A DNA stretch of 63,008 nt, filler included, from Folioceros fuciformis (Eukaryota), in NCBI GenBank assembly GCA_049999805.1. It is 5 parts of 5 records of this genome, joined end to end, with 100 filler letters (N's around TTAATTAATTAA, not from the genome) between each part and the next. Parts side by side here need not be neighbours in the genome. Positions count along the whole stretch, not along the records: positions 51,860 to 60,544 come from JBNGIO010006056.1; positions 60,645 to 63,008 come from JBNGIO010006058.1; 3 more parts are not named here. The stretch is one strand, 5' to 3'. A program made the translations under genes and the position numbers. Position 1 is the stretch's first letter. Each line of letters begins with the position of its first letter. A model generated the notes under the pieces. The model saw only the letters and a program-made list of their open reading frames with translations, was not told the DNA's origin and searched no databases. Shown here piece after piece: positions 51,860-61,591 of the stretch.

Positions 51860-54800
51860 GTCTTGCTGGGGTCGGACGGAACTCACCGTCCTGCCATGGG
51901 GGTTGATCCCTTGCACGCTGAAGCTTTCTACAGACCATTCTGGTGGAGAGGAGATTTCACGCATGTTGCACGAATTCCTCTAAGGATGAATAGGAGTGGT
52001 GGCAAGAGCAGGACGAGGATGACAGGCAGCACCATGATTGCCCACAGTGCTCAGAGTGAACATCGACATGAGATGTGGGAGGAAACGCAGGAGTTATCCT
52101 CTCTGGAGATGCCAAAGCCAAGAGAGCAGAAGGGTGTGCTTAAGGTGGTGCGCTCAGAATATTTGGATCAAGCGAGGGTTCGAGAGAACCAGCGAAGGAA
52201 GGAGGATCGACCGTGGAATCTCACAGACACATGTCCTGAGAGGTCGATCCCAGGTATGGGGCCTGCCAAGTCGGGAGATCGACGCATCGATGATGCTCTA
52301 GTACGATGGAAGGTGGGCGCTCAAGGCATCCATTTGTTGGAGCTCTGCTCGGGAATCAGCAGTGGCCTGGAAGCGGTGTTGCAGTGTGGCGTCAAGATAC
52401 GGCAATATACCTGCGTGGAGAAGGATGAGAAGATTCGAGCTGTCGCTAGGGGTCGAATCCTCAGGTTCTGCAAACAGTATCCAACACTACTGAGCGAGGA
52501 AGCAGTTCGAGGCTGTCAGAGCAGGCTGCCCACAAACGTGAACCTGGTTGGGAAGCGGCAGCTACAAGCCTTGTCAAGCCCAGTGGATATGCTGATCGCA
52601 GGATGGGAATGCAAGACATTTTCGACAGCAGGCAGAGGCAACGGTGAAGGCGTTTCGTTGGCTGCTGAGCTCGCACGAATCACGCGAGAAGTCCAGATTG
52701 CGAATCCACGATGTTGGTACATTCTGGAGAATGTGTGTGCAGCCATGGACAAACGTCCAGCTGTTAGGGCCCTGTATGAAGAGATTCGGGCGTGGTTCGG
52801 CAATGAGCTGATCATGGACGCGGTGCAGTGTGGCTCATATGCACACAGGCTTCGCAGTTACTGGACAAATGTGGCTAGACTGGAGGTGCTCAGACAGCAC
52901 AGGAATTTGACAACTCCGAAGCGGAAGGTTGTGGATGATATCCTAGAGTTGGGAAGGTGCTCACAACAGGTGAAGAGGATGGACAAGTTGCCATTTTACC
53001 CTGTGAATCGAGTAGGGGAATCCAGAAGGGCATGGCCAACTCTGGTGAGCACACCGCAATCTTATGCCTTCAGACCAGGAGGAGATGGTGTGATTCTGGA
53101 TTTGAAAGGGAATGAGCTTGGAGAGCTCAATGTTGAGGAACGCGAGCAAGCGATGGGCTTTGCCAAGAAGGACACTCAGACCATGGGCATCACAGAATCT
53201 GCAAGGTGCAGGATGCTCGGACAGGCATTTGACTTGTACAGTCTAAGGTGGCTGGTAAGCACAGGCTTGGCGTTCCAACTTGCAGAAGCCGAAGGGAAGC
53301 GAAGGCCTTTCCTCAAACTACTGCAGGATAAAGAGGTTCCTAAGGCAGAGGAAGACGAGCTGCTGCGGGAGAGATTCAGCATGGCCGCTGTGGATACTGA
53401 ACTGTCCACCAAGAGTGTGACGAAAGAGGTTCATGTATGGCACATTGCAGAAGATGTGAGCCCGGAAGATAAGCATGAAGAAGGACATGTGTTGACAGAG
53501 TCCGTCAGGGATGTTTGGAGACATCCTCAAGCCCTACAGTTGCTGAAGGAAGGCACAGTGCTTGGAATGACTGAAGCAGGCTTGGCTAAACTCAGAAGGC
53601 GCGTGGCCAGATACTCATGGAAAAATGGTGAGCTGCTACTGTTAGAAGGAGAACTCGTGAGGAAAGTACCAAGTCATGAGGAAAGAGTGGGCATAGTGAC
53701 CAAGGTGCACGAAACCCTTGGCCACTTTGGTGTGAAGAGGACACACCACATGCTGAAAAGCACGTATTTCTGGTCAGGGATGTATGCAGATGTCGAGAAG
53801 GTGGTTGCTAAGTGTGCTGCATGTGATGCAGTCAAAGCCCGATTTAACACCCAGGATGTGGTGTTGCACTCCCTACCAATCAAGGGGCTATTCTTTAGAT
53901 GGTCGGTTGACCTTATGCCAGAGCTTCCCCTCACAAAGCAAGGTAACCGACATTGCATGGTCATGATTGAGCATTTCTCTAAGTGGGTTGAAGTAGCGTT
54001 CTTGCCACAGAGAACTTCACACTACACTAGCAGAGCGTTTCTGCAGTGTGTGCTCAGCCGATTTGGGAGCTGCGCGGAAGTGCTCACAGACCAGGGTAAC
54101 GAGTTTCGAGGTGAATTCCAGACCTTGCTCGACAGGAGTCTCATTGATCACAGGAGGACATCGAGGGATCATCCACAGGCCGATGGCCTGGCAGAAAGGC
54201 TAGTGCAGACCTTCAAGGATGCACTAAGGAAATACTGCATTACTGTGGAGCCCAAGTGTTGGGATGAATTGCTCCCTTACATCGTGTTGGGGTACAGGGT
54301 CAGTGTGCAGGCAGCTCTTGGAAGTTTCAGTCCATACTTTTTGTTATTCGGACGCAACGCAGTGTTGCCGAATGTGGTGAAGGACACCTACTCCATCCCT
54401 GTTGACTGGAGCAAAGATGCAAATGTGTGCTTGGCACAGGTTCAAGCCAGAGCAGAAGTATTTCAAAGAATTCTTCCCATGGCTATGGATAATTTGGCTG
54501 TGGCCCAGCATTGGGACCAGCTGAGGTATGCTTATACGCGGGGGGGCTCGTGGAAGCCCAAAGGCCGCAAGTTTGCATCTGGAGATTACGTGTACTTGCA
54601 GCGCAGGCCTGCAAGCACGTTAGATGTCAGCACAGGAAGGCTTATCCTGCGAGTTGTCCAGGTTGGTGAGCAAGGTGTGGTTGAACTTGAAGGAAGAGAT
54701 GGCAGAAGGTGCAAGGAACACATGAAGCACTTGGCTCCATGCCATTTGCCTGATCTGGATACACGAACTGTGCCTCAGACCTGGACGCCACCAGCAGATT

Positions 54801-55383
54801 TGCCCTGTGAGGAGTGTGGACACACAACTGACGACGAATTCATGTTGCTATGTGACAGGTGTAACCGTGGTTACCATCTGTTTTGCCTCAAACCGGCACT
54901 GGATAGTGTTCCAGAAGAAGAATGGCTATGTGAGCACTGTAATGTGCTAAGTGTGAACGTGGCTCTTACAGAAGGTGATACTGAGGTTGTCTTAAATTCA
55001 CACACGTTGGAAGCTGAAACAGCAGTTGACAGTCTCTCTGGATTCAAGCTGCCCAGTGAGATTACGATTACACAGGAGGCACAAGAAGACCCATCAGATG
55101 ATGAGGATCTAGAAGATGACGCCATTCCTCCTCCTCGGTGAGAACCACCGTCAGTGTTGGACGAGCTACGTTCTCGCTGGTGGGGACGTTGGTAAGTAGT
55201 TGTTTGTTTTCCTAGGCCAAGTTGGTCTAAACAATTTTGTGGGAAACCAGGTGGCTAGGCCTCCAAGTTTCCCAGGGGGGCTGTTGACGGGTCCCGGGTC
55301 TGCCTCTCTTAGGCAAACCTAGTCTCTNNNNNNNNNNGTAGACAGGCTAGGTAGGCATGCAGCTATGCGGCTGCTGCGCGACA
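51860..55383 (+). mobile_element. Ty3/gypsy LTR retrotransposon carrying a DNA methyltransferase (5' end lost at scaffold edge)
   Basis: Gypsy-type integrase ORF, PPT cagggggggc (55273-55281), LTR TGTTG...CGACA (55282-55383, gapped). Confidence 0.9.
51863..55141 (+). CDS. Polyprotein (5'-partial): C5-cytosine DNA methyltransferase (DNMT3-like) + integrase (H2C2, DDE) + PHD finger
   Basis: MTase motifs I LLELCSGISSG, II VEKD, IV LIAGWEC, VI ILENV, VIII AHRLRSYWTN, IX EREQAMGF, X RMLGQAF (about 52330-53270); integrase HETLGHFG..CAAC, WSVD / LTDQG / GLAER; PHD CEEC..MLLCDRC..YHLFCL..WLCEHC (54806-54940). Confidence 0.93.
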   Translation: MLGSDGTHRPAMGVDPLHAEAFYRPFWWRGDFTHVARIPLRMNRSGGKSRTRMTGSTMIAHSAQSEHRHEMWEETQELSSLEMPKPREQKGVLKVVRSEYLDQARVRENQRRKEDRPWNLTDTCPERSIPGMGPAKSGDRRIDDALVRWKVGAQGIHLLELCSGISSGLEAVLQCGVKIRQYTCVEKDEKIRAVARGRILRFCKQYPTLLSEEAVRGCQSRLPTNVNLVGKRQLQALSSPVDMLIAGWECKTFSTAGRGNGEGVSLAAELARITREVQIANPRCWYILENVCAAMDKRPAVRALYEEIRAWFGNELIMDAVQCGSYAHRLRSYWTNVARLEVLRQHRNLTTPKRKVVDDILELGRCSQQVKRMDKLPFYPVNRVGESRRAWPTLVSTPQSYAFRPGGDGVILDLKGNELGELNVEEREQAMGFAKKDTQTMGITESARCRMLGQAFDLYSLRWLVSTGLAFQLAEAEGKRRPFLKLLQDKEVPKAEEDELLRERFSMAAVDTELSTKSVTKEVHVWHIAEDVSPEDKHEEGHVLTESVRDVWRHPQALQLLKEGTVLGMTEAGLAKLRRRVARYSWKNGELLLLEGELVRKVPSHEERVGIVTKVHETLGHFGVKRTHHMLKSTYFWSGMYADVEKVVAKCAACDAVKARFNTQDVVLHSLPIKGLFFRWSVDLMPELPLTKQGNRHCMVMIEHFSKWVEVAFLPQRTSHYTSRAFLQCVLSRFGSCAEVLTDQGNEFRGEFQTLLDRSLIDHRRTSRDHPQADGLAERLVQTFKDALRKYCITVEPKCWDELLPYIVLGYRVSVQAALGSFSPYFLLFGRNAVLPNVVKDTYSIPVDWSKDANVCLAQVQARAEVFQRILPMAMDNLAVAQHWDQLRYAYTRGGSWKPKGRKFASGDYVYLQRRPASTLDVSTGRLILRVVQVGEQGVVELEGRDGRRCKEHMKHLAPCHLPDLDTRTVPQTWTPPADLPCEECGHTTDDEFMLLCDRCNRGYHLFCLKPALDSVPEEEWLCEHCNVLSVNVALTEGDTEVVLNSHTLEAETAVDSLSGFKLPSEITITQEAQEDPSDDEDLEDDAIPPPR

Positions 55384-55960
55384 GGGACAAATGAGCAAGT
55401 TTTGCTAACAATAGAAGAGGAGTTGAAGGGTTGGCGCGGGGCAGGTTTGGAGCTTGCTCGTAACGCTTGCTATGACGTCCAGAAGCTTCCCCTTCCCTTA
55501 TTCCCTGAACTGTTAGCCGTGTTCCGGAATTCTGAGAATGGAAGTGTGTGTGAAGATGAAGATTGGAGATGTGTGTGAAGAGAATGTGTGAGTGAGTTGA
55601 GAAGAGAAGAAGAGAAGGGCGGCCAATCCTTGAACACGATGCGAGGTGTGAGGCAAGAGAGGAGAAGTGTGGCTGATCACCGAACGCGATGCGAGGTGAG
55701 AGGGAGGAGATTGAGATTAGGGAGAAGAACCAACTGCAACTAATTGAAGAAGATCGCTAAGAGATTAAGGAAGATAGTGAAAGATTGTTGGAGATTAGAG
55801 ATGATTTCTAGAAGATTTTTGAGAGATTTCTAAGTGTTTGTGGAAGATTGTTGGAGATTGAGGAAGATTGTGGAGAATTGCTTAGGAATTGCTAAAGATT
55901 TTTAAACATTAATAGAAGATTTGGAGACATTTGGAATTAGGCTTGTGAAAAACAAGTGTG
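55384..55960 (-). repeat. Inverted copy of the repeat family at 49.7-50.5 kb (probable insertion target of the gypsy element)
   Basis: ccttcccttattccctgaac (about 55491-55510) is the reverse complement of the 91-bp unit core; the G/A/T-rich tract mirrors 49800-50150. Confidence 0.65.
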
Positions 55961-56103
55961 AACAAAGCTCTTGTATATTTTACTTGTGTGGAAAGTCTTG
56001 CATNNNNNNNNNNNNNNNNNNNNNNNNNNNNNNNNNNNNNNNNNNNNNNNNNNNNNNNNNNNNNNNNNNNNNNNNNNNNNNNNNNNNNNNNNNNNNNNNN
56101 NNN

Positions 56104-56385
56104 GAGGACACCATAGGGCCAAACGTACTCTTTTAACTGTTGTATTCGACGCTCTTTTAACTGTTGTGTTCGAGGCTCTTTTAAATGTAGTGTTCGAGGA
56201 CACATAGGGCCAAACGTACTATTTTAAATGTTGTGTCCGAGGACACCATAGAGCCACATTGTGTCCGAGGACACCATAGGGCTACATTCACCCTCCAGGG
56301 AATCCAGTGAAGGTACCGTCGTCTTTTAAATGTTCCTTGGACACCATGGCGGCCACATTCACCCTCCGGGCAATCCAGTCAACGC
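56104..56385. repeat. Short tandem repeat array (24-bp subunits and gaggacaccatagggc motifs)
   Basis: ctcttttaactgttgt.ttcga and gaggacaccatag recur several times next to an N gap. Confidence 0.8.
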
Positions 56386-56548
56386 CCAAAGAGTCCTGTT
56401 GCACTGCTTCCTGAAGGACGGTTCGACATACATCGACCAGTACCGGTCTGTGAGCTACATCTTCCGTGCCTGGGCTTGTATACAGGCCAGGCGGTAGCCA
56501 CAAGTATTGCCCCACGTAGACTTGGCTCACTAGCAAGGCCTTACTCAC

Positions 56549-57636
56549 CCGGAAAGGTTCGAAGGAAGGGAACCTGGACCAGTGCTCCACATCCACGTCA
56601 CGCCTGTGAGACGAGCAGCAGACTTCAATTCAAACCACCGCACCTCGGACTCGTTCAAAACAAAGCTATGCAGGACTTTAACACACACTCACGATGCATG
56701 CCCCTGGCCAGTGTAAAACCAATAGTTCTTGTTGTCAACAATTTGACCTTCCCAGAACGTCACCACCTGCATACCAAGCCACATTCTGCTCGTCAGCCTC
56801 ACAGTCACACATGATCTGCCAGCCACAGGAACATAGGGTTTTCCTACAGGTACCAATGAGGTGGAATTTCAAGGCAAATCCTGGACTACTCCCAGTGTTC
56901 TGTCAGCGATGGATGCTGGAAAAAAACAAGCTCAAGGGCAAACTCACCCATCGCGAAATTCGCTGGGAGGCACAGAGCTCACAATCACAAAACCATCCTG
57001 GATCTGCTATGCTGCCAAAAAATGCGAAGAGCACTGTGGCATCCACCTTCACTTACTTGAATCTCTGCTTGGGAAACATTTAGAGCCTCCATACTGCCGC
57101 ACAGGTACCCGCGTTGTAGGTCACATCCCTGAATCCGCACGTTGACCTTCCACGCCTCATCCTTTGCCCCGTTCGACACATTTTGCGTTCCCGTGAAAGC
57201 CTGCACCCACGGCCGAACAACTTGTGATTCCTCCCGCTCGCCTCCCAGCCCCGACCACAAAACGCATTCCGCTCCGTGCTGCTCTCCAGCAAAGGCGAGG
57301 ATTTTCAGCCCCAGTGCCCACCAAAACATTTCCCATCCGCAAATCTGCCCTAATCCCACGCTTTGCCTGCCCGGCGCACAGCCCCAGACGGACCTGCAAC
57401 TGCAACGGGACTGGTAGCATGTGCCGGACAGCGGGGCAGAGCATCACGTACCTGGCCGACGGAGAGGAAGGAGCACGTTTGGAAAAGCGCCTGACCAGGC
57501 ATGGAAACCGCAAGACGCGCCGGCGGAGGAGCACAATTCCTGCCCAGGTGCCACTACTGCTGCACAGAGAAGGCGTGGCAAGGCCAATTCAGCAGCTGCT
57601 GCACCCGGACGATTCCAGACACTCTTGCGCTGGCAT
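56549..57636 (-). CDS. GID4: GID4/Vid24 (GID/CTLH E3 ligase substrate receptor), 3' exons missing
   Basis: Spliced exons read CSFLSVGQ | AFTGTQNVSNGAKDEAWKVNVRIQGCDLQRGYLCGSMEALNV (57200-57057) | VVTFWEGQIVDNKNY (56766-56693) | DVEHWSRFPSF (56603-56549). Start uncertain. Confidence 0.88.
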
Positions 57637-58003
57637 CGGTAAAATCTCCATAGCGAGAATGGGTCAACGAGATGCGAGCTTTTTTAAATTCGGAACAATC
57701 GTTCCCGTTCCTTGCCCACATCAACGCCCGTTTAACCATGGGTGTCCCGGTGGGAAAGGAAGGAGGGCGGCCAACAGTTTTCTCTTCTCACGAGGTTACG
57801 CCACGATACATCCAGTGTCACACCGTACACGGCATCAACGCCACCTACACCCCGGCATCAGCGAGCCAGACGCACCCTGCTCTCAATTCTGATTGCCCTA
57901 GTACCCTCCTCGTCAACAAGGGCCAGGTGCACCACCTTCCATATTGTACTTGTCTCGCAACTGGCAAAGGGCGTCGTCATCTCTAGAAGTGATCTGGCTC
58001 CCT

Positions 58004-60214
58004 TCATGCCCCGACATTTTTGAGGGAGGGCAGGGTTGGAGAGCTAACCTCCAGCACAATCCTTGAATTGAAGAGGGCGACATCAGCAGAGACCTTGAGG
58101 CACCTCGGGGTCTTGAACTGGCTGTGTGTTGCACCTCGCGCCACTGCACCAGCTAACAGCAGATCGAAAGTGCCTGACCCCACAATTCTCAGAGTCAGAG
58201 GTGCGATAAAGCCTTCGTTCCTGTTTCTCCTGTAAGTGAAGCCTAGCGAGTTTTCCAATTTTTCACAGCATTGCTCCAGGACGGACTGTAGGACTACTTC
58301 CTGGTGTGAGAGCTCCCAGAAGATTACATAGCGCCCTGGAGTGGCGGAGAAGTCGACGCAACTCGTGTAGTCGGTCACGGTGATGCTCCTGCGCTGTTTT
58401 AGAATAAGGGCAGCTGCCCCCACAGCTGCCAGCAGCTCACTTTCCGTTGTTTTATCAGTATCCACGCTAAGAACCAAATTCCTTCGTTCTACGAACTGGA
58501 ATTCAGGAATGCGGTTGTAAAACCTTGCCACCCTCAGGCAGTCTTCCATTCTGTAGCGATACAGTCCTGTCCATCCAAGAAAACGTCGCAAGTTATGAGT
58601 TCATGCCATGAGGGGCAAGGTGACCTGAGGCATGTGGAATGAGTGGCTCACCAGTGTGGGTCGTCACCACTACTTCATATAACTTCCCCAGCTTCACGCC
58701 TGTGATGTCAACCGTCCTGGTAGCATGGTCCGAACTCTCTGTGCTGTCCGACTCCGAGTGACCACCTGCTTGCTCGTCTCCTTGTCCCACGTCTTCCGTG
58801 ATGGGCAGAAACTCGAAGTACATCATGAATGGCAGTAGGGTGTAGGCCACGTCCTCTGGAGGACAAGCTGGTCTTAAGTTTGTCCCGAGAAACCCCTCTG
58901 AAGAAGCGTAAGTCATAGATACGATCGGGATGTTTCCCAGGTAGCGGCGCAGGATTGGCAAGTAGGCGGCCATGCTCCCTGTGACTATGCTTTCCGCCAG
59001 TATTATGTTGGGCCACAGCTCCGGAATACTGCCATCCCACGTCGGTCTGCACCATTCATGAAAACGACATCTAAAGTCAGAACAATGCCGGGAACCGGGT
59101 GCTTGCTTGCATGTGTAAGTATGTACGCACCATAATGCGGGCGCACACCTACCGGCGAGAGCAGATGGATTCAACACGATCGGCCAGGTCCGGATTAGGG
59201 CCACCCATCAACCTTTCCACTACCTCCCTGACAGCAGGATCCTGGATACTGTTATCCAGCTTGCCCTGTCGAATATCCCAACAGAGCTGCTGCCAGTTCT
59301 TCTCCAGGTACTGCAAGGCTCTTGCAAGACTAGGGGCAAACAAGGTCCCTATTCTTAAAACCTCTTTGAACTGTACCAATCCACAAATCCAGTGGCAGTA
59401 GAGCATTTGGCTGTCTTTCTCAGGCGTGAGAATGACTTCGCCTGGACTGACCACCGTCTTGGCGAAGGAGGAAAGAGGCCCTCTTCCTGAGAAAATAGCT
59501 CTGAGAAGACTAGCTGTCACAGGCTGGGCAACTAGCCCGCCTCTTGTCTGCTCTGCTGGTCTCACACCATAGAAGTAGAGGCCCTTACCACCCTTAGCCA
59601 AATCAGGATACGCCCTGTTCAAGACATCCGACAGACCCACATAAATTCCACGCCCCCATCCTCAGTCGCTGTCCCATCAGTGACAAAAGCCCGCACACTC
59701 ACAAAGTGGTCACCATGCTGGTGATTGATGAGTAGACCATTTTCCTAAGACTGTCGCTCTCCACGGTTGGGAAAAACTTCCTTTCTCCGCTCGAAGTTCC
59801 AGAACTGGCAACAAGACAGCACACGAGCAGCTCAACTTAACGCTGCTGTGTCACGTCACAGGGCATTGTCAAGCAAATGCAGAACTGTCCATTTGAAGCA
59901 GCTCACCTTGTGTAAAGCTCCACAATCCGACCTGAGCACAGGATGGGCGACTCCTCAGAGTTCTCCCCATCAGCGATGCGGTACAGGTCCTCTTTAATCG
60001 ATTCATAATCACTCAGCGGCACACAGGACTTGAAGGACTCCACGTCCGTCCTCCCGTCCAGCCCATACCTTGCCAGGTACTGACAATGTGCATTCTCCTT
60101 CAGGATTGAAGCCAAAACTTCCTGCTGTACCTTCCCTGGATTGTGGGTGATGAAGTTGACGTATTCCAGTACGCCCTCGGGTGAGTCAAGGCTGGGCAAC
60201 GACTGTCCGCTCAT
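58004..60214 (-). CDS. GH3: GH3 acyl acid amido synthetase, 5 exons
   Basis: FKSCVPLSDYE, SSGTSSGERK, YASSEG, YFEFLP, GLYRYR, PGRYVIFWEL and QFKTPRC motifs with GT-AG introns. Confidence 0.96.
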
Positions 60215-60544
60215 CCTGCCTGCTACGAAAACTACTCAACCAACACCAACAGTGGAAAACTGTACAACACAATCCAGGGTCCACCAGCCTGTGAGAAACT
60301 CCCCGCTCCAGGGCCCAGAACTGCAATCGTCGTCTCTAGCTCTGTTCTCAAGTCACGTGGGCCACACGGAAGCTAAGGGACATTAAGGAGTCAAAATGAC
60401 TAGCTGTTATACCCCAGGATCGGCAGCTGGCACATACCCCACCCAACTTGTGTTGCTGCTTAATTGCCGTCTATCAAATTTCCATCACGTCTTTCCATGC
60501 TCACAAGCCAGTGCTACCTGCACAATTTGCAACATGAAATATGC

Positions 60545-60644
60545 NNNNNNNNNNNNNNNNNNNNNNNNNNNNNNNNNNNNNNNNNNNNTTAATTAATTAA
60601 NNNNNNNNNNNNNNNNNNNNNNNNNNNNNNNNNNNNNNNNNNNN
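60545..60644. other. Artificial scaffold spacer
   Basis: TTAATTAATTAA at 60589-60600 within Ns. Confidence 0.97.
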
Positions 60645-61213
60645 AAGATGTCCTCACCATGCATGGGGAATAGTGGAAGGGTTTCAATCTCCTGGTGATC
60701 TCCTCCTCGTTGTTCCATGAAAGATTGTCCTCCTGTTGTGCCAAAGGAGGTAGTACTGGTATTAGTGTTGAAGGGTGAGGAGGAATATGGGTCAACACCA
60801 TAGCCGACACGTGACCCAAAGTTTAGATCAATGGATCTACCATCATCAGTAGAACTAGTGGATCCAAAATTGAGATCGAGAGATCCACCAACCGGAACGT
60901 TCCGAAATTCCTTCAACTTCTGCCTCTCACGAGCCTTGAGGTTCTGGAACCAAAAGAAGACGTTTTTGTCCTCGATCTGCCCATACTGTTTCAGATGGAG
61001 GCAGATCTCTTGAATCTGCTCTGGAGTTGGGTACTTAAAACCCTTATCATAGTAAAGGCCCTTGAGGATTCTTAGTTGAGGCGGTGTGGGAGCCCACCGG
61101 TTACTACTCCCGGCTGCTTGGATGCTTCCTCCCTCCTCGGTTGGTTGCTGGGCTTGTAATTCCATTTGTTGCTGGGTTTGTAACTCCATTAGTTGCAGAG
61201 TTCGTGGTTCCAT
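60645..61213 (-). CDS. WUS: WUSCHEL-like homeobox protein, intronless, 3'-truncated by gap
   Basis: Homeodomain [43 protein letters not shown] with the LYY insertion typical of WUS, and WUS box ETLPLFP. Confidence 0.9.
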
Positions 61214-61322
61214 GTTGATGAAGAAAGGATTTGAGTTTCGAAAGAAAGGCTGAAGGGTTGAGAGAGAAAGGCTGGAACTCGGAAGAATTTTCTTTTGGAG
61301 TGAACAGTCGCTCAGAATGCAC

Positions 61323-61331
61323 CTATTTATA
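61323..61331 (-). promoter_or_regulatory. Candidate TATA box of the WUS-like gene
   Basis: TATAAATAG on the minus strand, about 110 bp upstream of the ATG. Confidence 0.5.
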
Positions 61332-61591
61332 GAACGAGTGAGCAGATCTCCACCGTTGGATCGACGATCTCTGAGATTAAATCTACGCGTTGGATTAAAG
61401 TCACCCGAAAACACGGAAAAGCTGTTGGCGCGTGGAGGACACGTGGGGGAACCAAACGAATCTCGAGGAGCTGTGACAGACAAGCTACAGCNNNNNNNNN
61501 NNNNNNNNNNNNNNNNNNNNNNNNNNNNNNNNNNNNNNNNNNNNNNNNNNNNNNNNNNNNNNNNNNNNNNNNNNNNNNNNNNNNNNNNNNN

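Noticed and set aside
51863-55141. Host DNMT3/DRM gene or bacterial restriction-modification methylase
   Set aside because: Intronless, fused in frame to a gypsy integrase, followed by PPT and LTR; motif order is not permuted as in DRM.
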